From: Cetorhinus maximus
Lineage: Eukaryota
Direction: 5' to 3'
Assembly: GCF_964194155.1 (NCBI RefSeq)
Contig: NC_135902.1
Coordinates: 43,338,001-43,402,000, forward strand
Length of the DNA: 64,000 nt
Part shown: positions 1 to 13,400 of the stretch, piece by piece
Layout of the letters: each line of letters starts with the position of its first letter
Position numbering within the stretch: the first letter of the stretch is position 1
Program-made: the position numbers and the translations under genes
Notes under the pieces: generated by a model
Told to the model about the DNA's origin: nothing
Database searches by the model: none
What the model saw: the letters and a program-made list of their open reading frames with translations, nothing else

Positions 1-398
1 GAGTCGATGTTGAGGACTCCCAGGGCAACTCCCTCCCAACTGTATACCACTGTGCCGCCAACTCTGGGTCTGTCCTGCCGGTGGGACAGGACATAACCAG
101 AGATGGTGATGGTGATGTCTGGGACATTATCCATAAGATATGACTGTATGAGGATGACTATGTCAGGCTGTTGCTTGACTAGTCTGTGAGACAGCTCTCT
201 CAATTTTGGCACTAGCCCCCAAATGTTAGAAAGGAGAGCTTTGCAGTGTTGACAGGGCTGCAATTGCCATTGTCGTTTCCGGTGCCTAGGTCGATGCCCC
301 TAGCTGCTCACTCCCTATGCAATGGTTCATCTAGTTTCATTTATTTTTTGTGTCTTTGTAGTGGTTTGTTACAACTGAATGGCTTGCTAGGCCATTTT
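1..398 (-). mobile_element. CR1-clade LINE (family A), 5' UTR plus start of the endonuclease domain; runs off the window edge
   Basis: Closely similar to 39860-40245. Minus strand encodes ELSHRLVKQQPDIVIL...VLSHRQDR-like APE endonuclease N-terminus. Confidence 0.85.
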
Positions 399-469
399 GC
401 AATTGTCCAACAGCTTCGATGTCCTTGCAGCTTATATGGATGAATGAGGGAGCTGCAGGATGGATGAGC

Positions 470-950
470 AAACTGACCATGGCATCATGGTACAGGAGGC
501 CATTCAAGCTGGGGGCAGTAAATAGCAATGTAGTGGTAGTAGAGGACAGTATAGTTAGGGGGAATAGACACAGTTCTCTGCAGCCGAGAGCAAGAATCCA
601 GAAGGCTGTGTGGCCTGCCCGGTGCCAGGGGTCAGGACATACACTCTGGGCTGGAGAGGAACTTGCAGTGGGAGGAATTAGGAAAGAGGTTCTGCATAGG
701 GAGTGATCAGCTAGGGACTACATTAAAAAGCAGGGCCTCAAAGGTAACAATCTCTGAATTATTAACTGAGCAATGAGCAAATTGCTGTAGGGTTAATAAG
801 TATAGGGTGTTGAATGCATGACTCAAAAACTGGCGTAGGAGAAGTAGGTTCTGGTTTGTGTGGCACTGGCACCAGTACTGGGGAAGGTGAGAGCTGTACA
901 ATTGGGATGGTCTTCACCTGAACTGTAATGGCATATGTTCTGGTGAGTCG
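470..950 (+). mobile_element. Vertebrate-type CR1 ORF1 (SGNH/GDSL esterase-like) fragment, decayed
   Basis: VVVVEDSIVRG (degenerate GDS motif) followed, after frameshifts, by an LPGARV-like block. Homologous to 56816-57124 (IGDLLVRG...CCLPGARVKDV). Confidence 0.75.
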
Positions 951-1059
951 TATAAGGGCGCAGGCTCACTCTCCGCACCCTTATCCCATGCGGATGAAAA
1001 TTGTTGGTGCCAGAGTGGGGGGCAAGAATCCATGTCCATTATTCCTACTCTCTGTCTCT

Positions 1060-1350
1060 TGTCACTCAGCCAATCACTAACTAGGTCAATAATTTGTCTT
1101 CAATTCTATGAGATTTGACTTTAGCTAACATTATTTTATGAGGGATTTTGTCAAATGTCTTCTGGAGTCCAGATAATAAGAACCATAGACATTTTTTTGT
1201 CCATTACTTTGGTCACCTCTTCAAAAAATTCAGTCAAGTTCTTTAACCGTGACCTACCCATTACAAATTCATGCTGGTTCTTTCTGATCAGTTGAGAGTT
1301 GTCAAAGTGTTCAGTCACTCTATCCTTAATTATAGACTTCCAGGTGACTA
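1060..1350 (-). mobile_element. CR1 ORF2 reverse transcriptase fragment
   Basis: SIIKDRVTEHF...IRKNQHEFVMGRSRLKNLTEFFEEVTK matches the CR1 RT QHGF..GRSCLTNL.EFFE motif. Confidence 0.85.
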
Positions 1351-1471
1351 TCATTTTCTAACCTCTATCATCTTTCTTATATAGCGGAGCAATATGTGCA
1401 ATTAAGTTGAGGCATTTTCAAGTGGCTACAGAGGCCACCTAAAGCAGGCAGCTGATGAAGGACCTAATGCT

Positions 1472-1689
1472 GTCTGGAATTCGCTGCCCAAGTTGGTGGT
1501 AGAGGCAGAAACTTTAAACTCTTAAAAAGTACCTGGATCTGCACCTAAAGTGCTGTAAACTGCAGGGCTATGGGCCGGGTGCAGGAAGGTGGGATTAGAA
1601 AGGGGACCTGGGTGTCCTCGGGCTGGCATGGACAAGATGGGCTGAATGGCCTCCTTCTGCACTTTAACTTTTCTATGGTTCTATGGTTC
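1472..1689 (+). mobile_element. CR1 3' end with TTCTATGG repeat tail
   Basis: ORF2 C-terminal VWNSLP..VVEA motif, 3' UTR gggctgaatggcctccttctg, terminal (TTCTATGG)2. Confidence 0.85.
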
Positions 1690-2128
1690 CAATGCCTGTT
1701 TAAGGGTCCAACAGAGAAATTGAGCCTCCTAGAGTGGAGCAGGCCTCGGGCCTCAGGTGTATGGCATGTGGCCTTGTTAGTTGGCATCACCAAGGGAGTG
1801 AGTAAATATATTTTATTTTTAATTCAGGGTGGGTCAGCAGGAGCAGAAGTTCCTCTTGGCTCCAGGGCACATGTGGGGTTCTATCAGCTGCAACCCTCCC
1901 CTTTGTTCCCTCTTCCCCTTCCTGGCACATAGCTGAAAATGTATGTTCAGAGATAGGTGAGCTGCACTGGGTGAGCTGCACTGTGGAGGCACAACAAGCA
2001 CCAGCAGCTTATCCAATATTATTCAAATGAGACTTGAAGGCCAATTTCAATCTGACCTTGAACGTCCTGGTTTCCCCCAGGAAACTTTGTCAACAGTGCA
2101 TGGATTCCCCTGGTAAGTGTATCCTTAG

Positions 2129-2545
2129 TGTGCCAGCTGTAGTTCAGTTGGTAGCACCCCTCTCCAAGTCAGAAGGCTGTGGGTTCAAGTCCAACTCCAA
2201 GAACTTGAGCACAGAAATCTAGGCTGACAATCCAGTGCAGTACTGAGGGAATGCAGTGCTGTATTATGTGTGATGCCAAACCGAGGCCCCATTTTCCTGC
2301 TCAGGTGGATGTAAAAGACTCCACTGATACCATTTCAAAGAAGAGCAGGAAGGTTATCTTCAGTGTCCTGGTCAATATTTACCTTTTGGTCAACATCACA
2401 AAAACAGATTATCTGGCCATTGTCAAATGCTCTATTTCCTACTTTACAACAGTTGAGTACACTTCAAAAGTACTCTGGCTTTAAAGCCCTTTGGGATGTC
2501 CAGTGGTCATAAAAGGTATTTTCTAAATGCAAGCTTTTCTTTTAT
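2129..2545 (+). mobile_element. tRNA-derived Deu-domain SINE (SacSINE1-like) with L2-type tail
   Basis: Box A/B head (gttcagttggtagc...gggttcaagtcc), central caggtggatgtaaaaga...aagagcagg core, tail ctttgggatgtcc...aaatgcaag. Confidence 0.8.
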
Positions 2546-4028
2546 TTTTCAATGGGGTACAGCTGTTTTCCACTTAAGGTAAATGTGCATGATTCCCCCT
2601 TATTTGCTACCTAAACAACCTTTACAAGATCACCCGTCCATCTTTCTTTTGGGTGAGCAGGCACAGTGCAGATCCTGGATTTCCCCTCCTCCATTACAAT
2701 AAAAAATATCATAGCAACGGCATGTCCTAAAGACTTTTCTGCTTTCTGTCTGCCCCAACCTGCAAACTACTGAGAAGAACCATTATCCAACAGCCCAGTA
2801 ATAGGAGTCCACATACATATGTTGTGGGTGTAGCACTTGTGCTCCTCATAGGATTGATAGCACGTTCCTGCCGTCATATGCATTTTTAAAGAAAATGGCC
2901 CATTGGTGACAAGCTAAGGATAGTGTTTTCATATTTCAGTCTTCAGCTGCGATACTGAGGTGTTGTGATGTACATTAAATATAAGTAACACCAGGGGTTA
3001 GGATACTTAAGGGGTTAAGAATGTTATCTTAAACCGAAGAGATGAATTATAAATATACTCCTACTGGTGTTTTTTCTTATCCTATCTACAGTGTTATTAT
3101 TACTTCTATTCAAAAGCTCAGGAACTGTGCCATTAGCTCAACAGGTTTATACTGGAAACAGTTGAGTGCATTGTGGAATATGGAACCCATTGTAACTGCT
3201 TCATAATAGTGGGAAGAGGTTATGTAAAAGAAAGAGGTGGTGAAAGTTGTACTTAGCCTGTTTATGTAAAAACATAGACTGCACTCAACACAAAATACCT
3301 CTGCATCTGATTAAATGCACAGAACAGAAACTCTAGCTTTTACTTAAATAGTGTGCATTCAGAAATTGGAACAGCTAAAGAAAGTGAATGGAAAACAAAG
3401 ATGCCTACACCTGTCCTCTAGAGCTATCAGGAGTCAAAAGCAGTGAATAAGCTTTGGCCGTATCAACAATTGAAATAATTATTCCTGGATTATTTTAGGC
3501 TTTTGGATTCTCTGTCTGTTATTTGCAGTAATTTCGTCAGATAGTGTGTTACCTTTTTGGGTAAAAGTGAATAAGGTTGATAGCCAAGAGTTTTCGGACA
3601 AGAGTATTTTGCTAATGTGTTAATAGCTTCTCCACCGCCCCCCCTCCCCCCCACATGATGTTCTACATTTTATTGGTGGTTTAAGCATTGACTGCAAAAT
3701 ATTGTATTTGGCGTGATTTTGTTGAGTTTTGATGGTTAAACTGAAAATTGAGCAAACTAGATATGGTTTATTATTGCCCACATTGTATGCTTTAGCCCAG
3801 GTTTTGCAGTGGCAATAAAGGCAAAAGTATCAGCATTCGCCCTCATTACTGCACTAAAACTGACAGCAAGTTTGATAGTCCATACACTTGCAATAACAAT
3901 AAAATCCAGGGGCTGTTGTCAGTGATTCTATGTTTCCCAACAGGATGTGCTGTAGAGGTCACCCTCCCCCCCCCAAATCGCAATCAATGGGAAATCATCG
4001 AATTGGCGAGAACTTCCACTCTTACATT

Positions 4029-5126
4029 TGTTGTGAAACCATGCTTTATGTCAAAAGAATGATTTTTTAATTTATTGGCTGGAAACCCCGAATTGAATTT
4101 TTTGTAAAAGGTGAAAACCACACTCCAATGACTTGGGATCATAATCAAAGATGGCTGCACATTTGCATCACTGTACCTTCTACATTCCAAAAAAACATTG
4201 AATTGGAGACATCCTGCTTGAAAAGCTGCAGCAGGAACAATGGCCTTGAAAGAGGATGAATGAGGGGCCATTTCCTGTTGCATTAGCAAAATGTCTAATC
4301 ACTTGAGCACCAAACTGGATAGAGACAAATCATTAGATATAATCATTTGGACAGGGGAACCCTGGCAGAGTGAGGAATTCCCAGCCATGATCTAATTCTG
4401 TTACAATTAGAATACACTAGCCATGGCCTTATTTGGGTCACTGGGCAGTTGGAGAGATAAGGTCATGTGATGAGCCAACCCATTATGTATTTTAAGCACC
4501 TCTTTACTCTACAGAACCAGACAAGCAACTGAGAAGCTGAAGGAGCAAGGCCCTGTGTGGATTCTTTTTCCCTCTCTCTACCCAACTTGTACGTTTTTGA
4601 ATCCTGTCTGCTGATTTTGACTATCCAGCTGCTGAAAAAGAGACTTTAAAAAGAATTCAACCCAACGCTGTTGTCTCCAGAAGAATAGATAAATTGTCGA
4701 TCTATAACTTTAAACCTCCTCGATGCTGAAAGCAGCAGGACCACTGAATTTAGCCTGAAGCCAGCCAAGTCACCAGCCTTCAAAAGTCGTATGCTTCTTT
4801 AATTTTGCTGGACTCTAAAGTTACTTAATCTATCCTCCTGATTCTGATCTATTTGTGCGTGTGTGAGAATCTTGAGTGTCTTAAGTGTGGTAATGTAGGA
4901 CCATTGTTTATTACTTTTACTTACACCAGGCTAAGTACAATAAAAACTATCCTCCTTTCTTTTCTAAAAATTCAAGTGTCTGTTCGGGTCTTTTATGGTC
5001 ACAGCACATAAACAGTTAAACGCTCATGGAATTGGCTAGTATATCCATTTTAAAGAGAACCCTGTTGCAATCAAATGAAGAGAGGGAAAAGAGGGGAGCC
5101 ATTTGACCCCTCACCTGATTGTAGCA
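4029..5126 (+). mobile_element. Solo LTR (~1.1 kb), distant relative of the 34032-35192 family
   Basis: TGTTGTG...TGTAGCA termini, 4-bp TSD CATT/CACT, AATAAA near 4939, 3' end similar to 35010-35097. Confidence 0.7.
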
Positions 5127-5344
5127 CACTCTTCTTGTTCATTGAGTTGTACTTAGGTATTTAATGGTGCACAGATACCACCTATTGAGAGCATATCCTA
5201 AAAGCAAATTTTTGCTTCAGCGTGCCATGTAAATAATGGATTTTACCCGAGTTGTGCTGCCTCCAATGTTATTTTAACATAGTTACTGCACACGTTCCAA
5301 GAGCTGCAATGTAACTGCACATGCTCAGTCTGTTTTTTAACATG

Positions 5345-5800
5345 CAACCCCTCCTCACTTCCCGATTGCCATTTCCTGCCTCTCTCTTGCTCCTTCCTGC
5401 TTGCCGCTCCTCTACTGACCCCCTCATTGTTTCCCGCTCACTGCCTCGCATGGCATCCCTCTCCTGAGCCCTCACTGTGAGCAGCAGTGAGTGGGAGGAA
5501 TGGGAGGGGTCAGGAGAGAGAAGCGACGAATGGGAGGGAGCGAGGGGGGTGACAGGAAGCAGCCAGCAGGAGGTGAGAAGCAGTGAGCAGGAAGGAACTA
5601 GGGGGTCATGAGAGTCTGAGTCAGAGGCATCAAGGGAATCGAGAGAGGCAGTGAGTGAGAGAGAGCAAGGGAGTGGTGGAAACCCGTGAGCGGAAGGAAG
5701 CGAGAGGGCCAGGAGAAGAGGAGTGTGGAAGGGAGAAGGAATCAGGAGAGAGTGGATGAGAAAGAGTGAGAGGGTTCAGGAGAGGGAAGTGGCAAGCAGG
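5345..5800. repeat. Degenerate ~45-bp purine/pyrimidine-biased repeat in inverted arrangement
   Basis: The CT-rich block 5345-5477 is the reverse complement of GA-rich units in 5478-5800 (gcagtgagtgggaggaatgggaggggtcaggagag). Confidence 0.55.
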
Positions 5801-6514
5801 AGGTAAGTAGAAAGATAACTATAATAAATTCTGAAAGAGTAGTAAGTTCTTGAGACTGGTAAGTTAGTAAGATTTGGTAAGAATAGTAAGAGGATTTTTG
5901 GGCCGGTTAGTTTTAAGGCAGCCAGCAGGCTTTTGTTGTAAAAATTGCAGGTCAGGCACATAGCCCACCCTTATTTCATGCTTTCTTATCGGAAAGTAAT
6001 TTTTTTTGGCAATGTTTTAGGAATAGATAAGAGTGCTAAATATGGGATAGCTATACTAACTAACTAAAACCCCACAGTGAACAGTTCAGGATGAAACATC
6101 AACAGACAACGAGCCAAGGACCTGCCTTCGGGCAAAGCACACATGAATGAATGAATGAACCCACAGTGACAAGGAAGGGAGGCAGGACTTTAGAAGTGTA
6201 GTCACAGTTGTAACGGAGGTAAGTAGACAGGATGAGATTTCAACACACGAGTTATAAGAGCTCGTCTGTTTCATAGTGCTATTACAGAACAGAGTGGGTC
6301 TTAATGGAGACAGTATAGGTGAATTTCAGTGTTGTTTGTGCGAATATGTACTGCTCAGGGTTTGATAGGATAGCCCCAGCAGAAATTGTTTGTTTTTTTA
6401 ATTTAACATGCTCATAGCAGGATTAATTTTACAAAGCAATACGAAGGAGACATGGACAGCAAGACGTGGCTCCGGGACCTCGTGCCCTGCCGAGCTGACA
6501 CCATGAGGCAGAAG

Positions 6515-6647
6515 CTTTCATCTGGAAGATGGTGCTTCTGATATTGTGCAGCACTTCCTCAGTACTCCACTGGGATGCAGGGTTGTTGTGCTCAATTCTT
6601 TGGAGTGGTACTGGAACCCACAGAGGTTAGAGTGGACTGGCTGACAC
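6515..6647 (-). mobile_element. Deu-SINE 5' fragment
   Basis: Reverse complement resembles the head of 2129-2260 (gtgtcagcc...gggttccagtaccactcc...agtactgagg). Confidence 0.55.
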
Positions 6648-6761
6648 TGTAATATAACATTCCATATTCAGCAAGAAAAAAATGACAGTAAATTCACCCA
6701 TGTAATAAGAAACTTCTTATCCGACAGCTAAAAGCATGTTTCACCTTTTAATTGATTTTAA

Positions 6762-7592
6762 TATTCATTCATGGGATGTCGGTGTTGCTGGCTGGGCCGA
6801 CATTTATTGCCCATCCCTAATTGCCCTTGAGAAGGTGGTGGTGAGCTGCCTTCTTGAACCGCTGCAGCCCATGTGGTGTAGGTACACCCACAGTGCTGTT
6901 AGGGAGGGAGTTCCAGGATTTCAATCTGGCGGTAGTGGTGCAACAGCAACCATTCCAATTCAGGATGATGTGTGACTTGGAGGGAAATTTTCAGGTGGTG
7001 GTATTCCCATGCATCCCCTACCCTCATCCTTCTAGGTGGTAGAGGTCTTGTGTTTGGAAGGTGCTACAGAAGGAGGCTTGGCAAGTTTATTGCAGTGCAT
7101 CTTGAAGATGGTACACACTGCTGCCACTGTGCGTCAGTTGTGGAGGAGTGAATGTTTAAGGTTGTTTATGGGGTCCCAACTGCTTTGTTCTGGACAGTGT
7201 TGAACTTCTCAAGTGTTGGAGCTGCACTCCTTCAGGGAAGTGGAGACCATTCCATCAGACTCCTGCCTTGTGCCTTGTAGATGGTTTTAGGGAGTGAAGA
7301 GGTAAGTTAGTCACTGCAGAATTCCCAGCCTCTGATCTGCTCTCGCAGCCACAGTATTTATATGGCTAGTCCAGTTCAGTTTCTGGCCAATGGTAATCCT
7401 CAGAATGTTGATGGTGGAGAATTTGGTGACAATGATGTGTTGATGTCAAGAGGAGATAATTCGATTCTCTCTTGTTGCAGATGGTCATTGCCTGTGACAC
7501 CAAGGCTTCTTGCCACTTAGCAGCCCAAGCCTCAATGTGGTCCAGGTCTTGCTGCAAATGGACACAGACTGCTTCAGTATCTGAGGATTGTG
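6762..7592 (-). mobile_element. CR1-clade LINE family A, 5'-truncated 3' fragment
   Basis: Shares the 3' end gggcaataaatg...cccatgaatgaat with 37733 and 40630. Encodes MQQDLDHIEAWAAKWQ (RT thumb region). Confidence 0.85.
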
Positions 7593-8501
7593 AATACTTC
7601 TATGGGATTAATCTAACAAGCTATCTAATAAGCACATCACTGAAAAATGATATCATGGAGCCAGCTAACAGACATTTTTATGTTCCTTTTTCACATGCTA
7701 TGATCGATGTGCAAAGAAACTTTTCAATCCCAGTTTTATCTGGTTTTACTTGATCACTTAGCATGAATACTGCCTCTGTCTGCTGTACAAAAATATCTAG
7801 TTCAAGCTGGTCATTACCAGTTAAATTCCAGTGCTTGTCTGTCGATGAGTACATTGTCAATTGCAGCTGGGAATTTACAATTAGAAATAGCAGTTCATTC
7901 ACTGAAATGCATTTCTAATGTTACAGCCCTTCCTCCATATCAAATTCTGTCCGAACCTGTTGATGTTGTATTGGTTCAAACAGCATGTTCCTAATAAATG
8001 TGTTTTTTTTTCCTCAACTAAAATTTGGATAGAACCGGTATAGGTCTGTGAGCTTTTCCCAGGCAGGGCTTTTGACTCAGTCTAACTAAATTTTGATTTA
8101 ATTCTGGGAATCACACAAGGTGATTTGTACTTCTCAGACGATGTGGGCTGATATTTTGCGTTTAGAATAACAATGAGGCTAGCAGTGCTCATTATTAGTA
8201 TGGAGCCTCTGGGGTCTGCACGTGAGTAGAAATCAGTGAGTTGCTGTCTGAGTTACCCTGCCACTGCACAACCTTAGCTCCGTGGTACTTCACTAATAGA
8301 TGAACAGAGAATTGGGCTGTTGCTCCAGATTGTTCAGGACCTCAATCAAGGAGCAGAATCATAGAATGATACAACTCAGAAGGAGGCAATTTACCCGTGT
8401 CAGTGCACACAAAATGTTTCATTCCCATTGTAATTTATTGCTTAATATGATTGTTTCCTCACAATATGTCGCTGTTTTCTCTCAGTATCTAGAAAAAGAT
8501 A

Positions 8502-9181
8502 GGGCAGAATTTTCGGGGCAGTGGGCGGGCCCAGGAGTGGCCGGGAAAAAGGTCTGCCAACCCTGACCGCTCCCCGACAGCGATTTCACGCTGTCTGGCC
8601 AATTAATGGGCAGCCAGTGCGAAAGACGCCCTGAGAAGCTCAGCACTGTCAGGTTGGGGGCAGGGGAGGAGGGCGAGCACATAAGTCTGCGCATACACAG
8701 GGGAGGGGGTACTGAAAGCTCCCTGAAAGCAGGGAGCTGCCTCAGGGAGCTGAAAAATTTTAAGCTCAAAATTAAAGATTTTGAAAATCGGGGAAAAAAA
8801 AATGTCCCCACAAAGGACTCACTCACGTGAACCAAAACGTAATAAAAATTATGTCAAAATGTTTTTTTTAAATTTTAATGTCGGAAACCTCATCCCACCC
8901 CATGGATGAGGTTTCCTAAAAAATCCAAAGGCCACCTGGCTGATTCACCCGCCCGCATGTTGGATGGGCAGCAGAAAAATGGCAGTTAAGTGAAACTTTA
9001 ATGGCCTCAATAGGCCTCTTGATTGTCAGCAGGCGCACTGTAGACTCTCACGTGTGCCCACCAGCCAAAACATCGTGCGAGTGCGCAACGCTGTTGGGAT
9101 ACTCGCCCAACATCATCTTGCGCTATTTCACGCTCGGGTGTGTTGGGCATGCGCCCGCACGTTGAGGGGAAAATCCTGCCC
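8502..9181. mobile_element. PIF/Harbinger-type MITE
   Basis: TIR GGGCAGAATTTTC / GAAAATCCTGCCC, 3-bp TSD ATA, internal hairpins shared with the 13401, 18837 and 20430 copies. Confidence 0.8.
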
Positions 9182-10094
9182 ATAGATAGCGGGTTGGGGA
9201 TGTGCATATAGTTCTGTTTCAAACTTCTTTTCACAATAATTCTAGTTTTCATTTTTTTTACACGTTCAGGTTTTAAAAGGATCACCCCTGAATTTTCACC
9301 TAATGGTGTCAGAGTTTTTTCTTTTTTGTTTTAAATGCACCAATTATTTAAGGTGGCCATGGCCTGTTCCACTAATCGCAGACACCTGATACTTTAAATT
9401 CACAGAACAAACACATGTTCTTCTTTTTCGCTTACTCTTAAGTAATACATTTTAAACTAAGATGTGTGCAACTCCTCAAGCAGGCTGTACTGGGTTGGCT
9501 TTTTGCACATTCTCAGGAATTGCTTGCAGATGACCAATTGACACCTTTTCTCAAAGTATAACATAGGGAAGAGCATGTTTGTCTGGCATGACTTCTGTGC
9601 AGTCTCCGTCCTCTGCTCTGACGCTAAATGTGAAACGTTCTTGGAGTTCTTTGTCTTCAAAGCCGGTGCTATCCATTCATCTGCATCCTCCTCTTCCTGA
9701 ATCCTGTGTCCCCACCCCCATCTCCGTCTTCATTCACTTTTCACTCTGCAATTTCTTCCTCGTGTCCTCCCTCAGCCTCATGACATTCATTTACTCCGTG
9801 AAGCATGTTCCCCAGATTCCCTCTGAGCCCAGTTCTTAACTGCTCCAGTCTTAATATGCAGCTCTTTTCTACTCATTCCTAAACTGCCTCTGGAGCTTCC
9901 AAAGGTCCCCTATTAATTGATTTCAATGGACGATAGACCATGGGCAACGTGTCTGAAAATGAGCCCACATGTTTCTCTTGTCATAAGCAATTGTTTTATA
10001 AGTTTGTTCCATTTTATTTATCTTGTTTTTCTTCTTTGTTACCCTTTTACCATTCTTTCATCTTGGATCTTTGAGTCTCCTCTCTGTGTCTTCT

Positions 10095-11480
10095 CTATGC
10101 TGGCCCACAAGACTAAGATGCTTATCGATGAGGCCTGCATCCTCAGCACATTGCTGTGGGGCAGTGAAGCCTGAACAACCAACACTTACCAAGAAAAAAG
10201 ACTCATAACTTCCACATCTGGTGTCTATGATGCATCCTTAAGGCATCACACGGAAAGACAAAGTCCCAAATGAAGTGGTTCTTTCTAGGGTAAACATGCC
10301 CAGCATGCCAGTGACAATCAAGGAAAGGAGGCTTCATTCAGTTGGACATGTGCACAGGATGGAAGATGGCTACATCCCCAAAGGTTTGCAAACACGGAGG
10401 TAGTCCGTGCCAAGAGACCAGAATGGTGCCCAAAGCTCTGATTCAAGGAAGCTATCAAAAGAGACGGGAATGTCCTCAACATCAGTCATAACTAGTGGGA
10501 AACTCTAGATGGCAATCGATGCAAATGGCAACACCAGCCATGGACAGGAGTTCACCACCACAATGGCATGTGAGGTGGTATTTAATGGAGGTAATGGGGG
10601 CCTTGCCTGCTAGCTAGAGAGCCAGAGAGAGACCCATGTGACCTCTTTTTGGGAAGACCTACCGAAGTAAGTGACAATCAGGCACCTAAGTGGATAGCAG
10701 CAGACTGACCCCAGGATGAAGGACCCTGTGAGTGGAAGTCCTGCTGCTGAGAGCTGCCAGCCAATCAGAAGCTGGCAGCTCTTCATTGCTTGGCAGCGCC
10801 AGCAGGGAGGCAGTGGCTGATGCTGGTACTACACCCATCTGAAGCCTAGGATTGTCAATTGTTCCAGGCGCAGGTGAATGTTGGCGGGTCAGGGTGTCAC
10901 GGGGTGGGGTGTGAGGGTGGTTCAGCAGAAAGGGCAAAGGTTATCTCTCAGCAGGCCCTTTCCTGATGCCATGTCCCTCGATCAGGCACTGAGTGCCTTT
11001 GAATGAGGGACCACCCGCCATTGGAAGCCTGCAAGCAACTGACAGGGTTTGCTTTTAGGGCTCCCTGCCCTTGTCTGCCATTGGATAAATACCAGCACTG
11101 ATGTGGGCCTTATGGGCATTAACTGCCCACTTAGGAACCTCAATTGGTGGCAAAGGAGGGAGGCCATCCACAGGCCTCCCCACCACGGACTTTATCAGGG
11201 CAGTGATGAGAAGGTGGCAGCATCCCCACTCGCCATCCTCTCACCTGATCAAATGTCCCCCATCACCAAACTCACCTTGGGGGAGGACATTAAATTCCAA
11301 CCATGGTTTTAGAAGCTCCAAAGCAAATTCCAGGTATGCACGAAAGGTGTCAGCAAAAATCATCTGGCACTATCAGCACATGACAACTTTGTGTGTGGCA
11401 CTTGTGGCAGACTTTGCCTTTCCAGAATTAATGATCAAAAGAAGTACAGTAGATGATCTTATCTGACCTCAAAGTTCTGA
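10095..11480 (+). mobile_element. RTE-clade LINE 3' fragment, split by a MITE
   Basis: TKMLI.EACILSTLLWGSEA, IT.KDKVPNEVVL and VGHVHRMEDG motifs. Resumes after 11302 with a CGTCGR.CLSRI-like C-terminus. Confidence 0.75.
10574..11302. mobile_element. Older Harbinger-like MITE inserted in the RTE
   Basis: Imperfect TIR GGTGGTATTTAATG / CATTAAATTCCAACC interrupting RTE homology. No clear TSD. Confidence 0.6.
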
Positions 11481-11504
11481 GGCTGCATTGCCATCATCTC
11501 TCTG

Positions 11505-11990
11505 CATCTCCTCCTCTCTCTTCCTTGTCTCTCTGCCTCTCCTCTCTCTGTATCTCCTCTCCCTGCCTTGTCCCTCTGCCTCTCCTCTCCCTGCCTTGCC
11601 CCTCTGCCTCTCTGCTCCCTGCCTTGTCCCTCTGCCTCTCCGCTCCCTGCCTTGTCCTGCTGCCTCTCCGCTCCCTGCCTTGTCCCTCTGCCTCTCCGCT
11701 CCCTGCCTTGTCCCGCTGCCTCTCCGCTCCCTGCCTTGTCCCTCTGCCTCTCCGCTCCCTGCCTTGTCCCTCTGCCTCTCCGCTCCCTGCCTTGCCCCTC
11801 TGCCTCTCCTCTCCCTGCCTTGTCCCTCTGCCTCTCCTCTCCCTGCCTTGCCTCTCTGCCTCTCCTCTCCCTGCCTTGTCCCTCTGCCTCTCCACTCCCT
11901 GCCTTGTCCCTCTGCCTCTCCTCTCCCTGCCTTGTCCCTCTGCCTCTCCTCTCCCTGCCTTGTCCCTCTGCCTCTCCTCTCCCTTGTCTC
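11505..11990. repeat. 28-bp pyrimidine-rich minisatellite (~15 copies)
   Basis: Unit CTCCCTGCCTTGTCCCTCTGCCTCTCC(T/G) repeated in tandem. Explains the overlapping repetitive ORFs at 11453-12281. Confidence 0.95.
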
Positions 11991-13400
11991 TATGTGTATA
12001 TGCTGGATTTACATTGTTCACAGCAAAGAACAGCTTCCACTGTGCATGGTAAAGCAGAGATGATTGGTGTGGAGTTCCCATGGCTGAAATACTTACCTAT
12101 AGTGCATAACACCTGGGAAAGAGAACTTGAAATAACTAGCCTGACTGAACTGAATGGAACTTACAATAGAACACGTTATTCTGGTATTTTGATCATTTCT
12201 AATGTGTTGGCAAGCTGGTATAAACAACTGGAGAACCAGATTCAGCCTGCAGCCTATAATTGTGCATTCGTACAACGATAAACACCAGTAGGATGGTTTA
12301 AAGATAGCAGCAGCAAAAAAAATCATTAACATCTCATTGGTCACCAACAGCTAGAAATGAAAAATCTATCCTTTTAACACTTTGCTCACAGTTTTTATGG
12401 TGGTTGTTTAAGGATCATGAAATCACTTTCAGAACATAGGCACTATCTTAAACCTAAGCTGTACGACATTACATTGGTTAATTTATCCTTTTAAATAATG
12501 CATGCTACAGTGGAAAGCATGAAAGACCAGAGAGTATTAGCATGAGCAGGCACTGAATTTTACTGAGTTCTATAGTGAGCTCTACGTGAAGACTAACAAA
12601 AGCTGAATGCTGCTGGTAATGGTTTGAACGCAGAATTCCCTCACATCATTTAGGTTCTGCTAATGGAAACAAGGATCCTTAGTTACCTAAAAGTGATTTG
12701 AACCAGGCAACATAAGAGTATTCGCTTGATATCTCTGGTGTCACAAGCAGAGGGAAACTCTCACAAAAAGACCTCCGGAAGGTTGAAAACAGCAAAATGC
12801 TACCTTAACTTTTAGGAAACTAAGCTTTGCAGAAATAATTTAGTAAGAGAAACATTTGGCACATAAATACTGTGACCGTATTTTGAAGTTTAAGGACACA
12901 AAATGAAACAATAGTTGCGCATTAATGCCCTCTGTAGGACACACCACAGGACAGCATAAGCAAAATGATTTGTGGAATGAATTGGCCATACACCAAGGTT
13001 ATACAACCATCAAGATAGTCTCAAAAGGCCTTTTTTACGTGTCTGTACATCTTGTCTCTGCACAAATCCAACAGCTTTCCATCTATTTTTTTTAATTCCT
13101 TGGGCACACATATGGTAAAGCACTCATGCTTGCCCAATCTCCTAAATGGTTCATTGACTGTGCATCTCCCAATTTTCCTTGATCCAGTGGGAAACTAGAA
13201 TAGGTGTCTCAGTGGATCCAAAAGGTGAGGTGAAAATTACTCCATGACTAGAATCCAGTTGCATGGATCTAATGCAAGAATGTTCCTTGATGATATACCA
13301 GCTCCAACTCATCCAATCGAGTTTCATGTCATTGAATTCTACAGGAGAGCATTTAGGTCCAATTAGATTTTATTTTTAGTTCTCCAAAGCCAAACTCTAA

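Noticed and set aside
2552-3145. Possible ATG exon (MGYSCFPLK|GT) and signal-peptide-like exon (LLLLLFKSSG)
   Set aside because: The splice phases are incompatible (joining gives a stop) and the second donor is weak.
11453-12281. Four overlapping ORFs of 191-237 aa
   Set aside because: They result from a stop-free 28-bp minisatellite read in several frames and on both strands.
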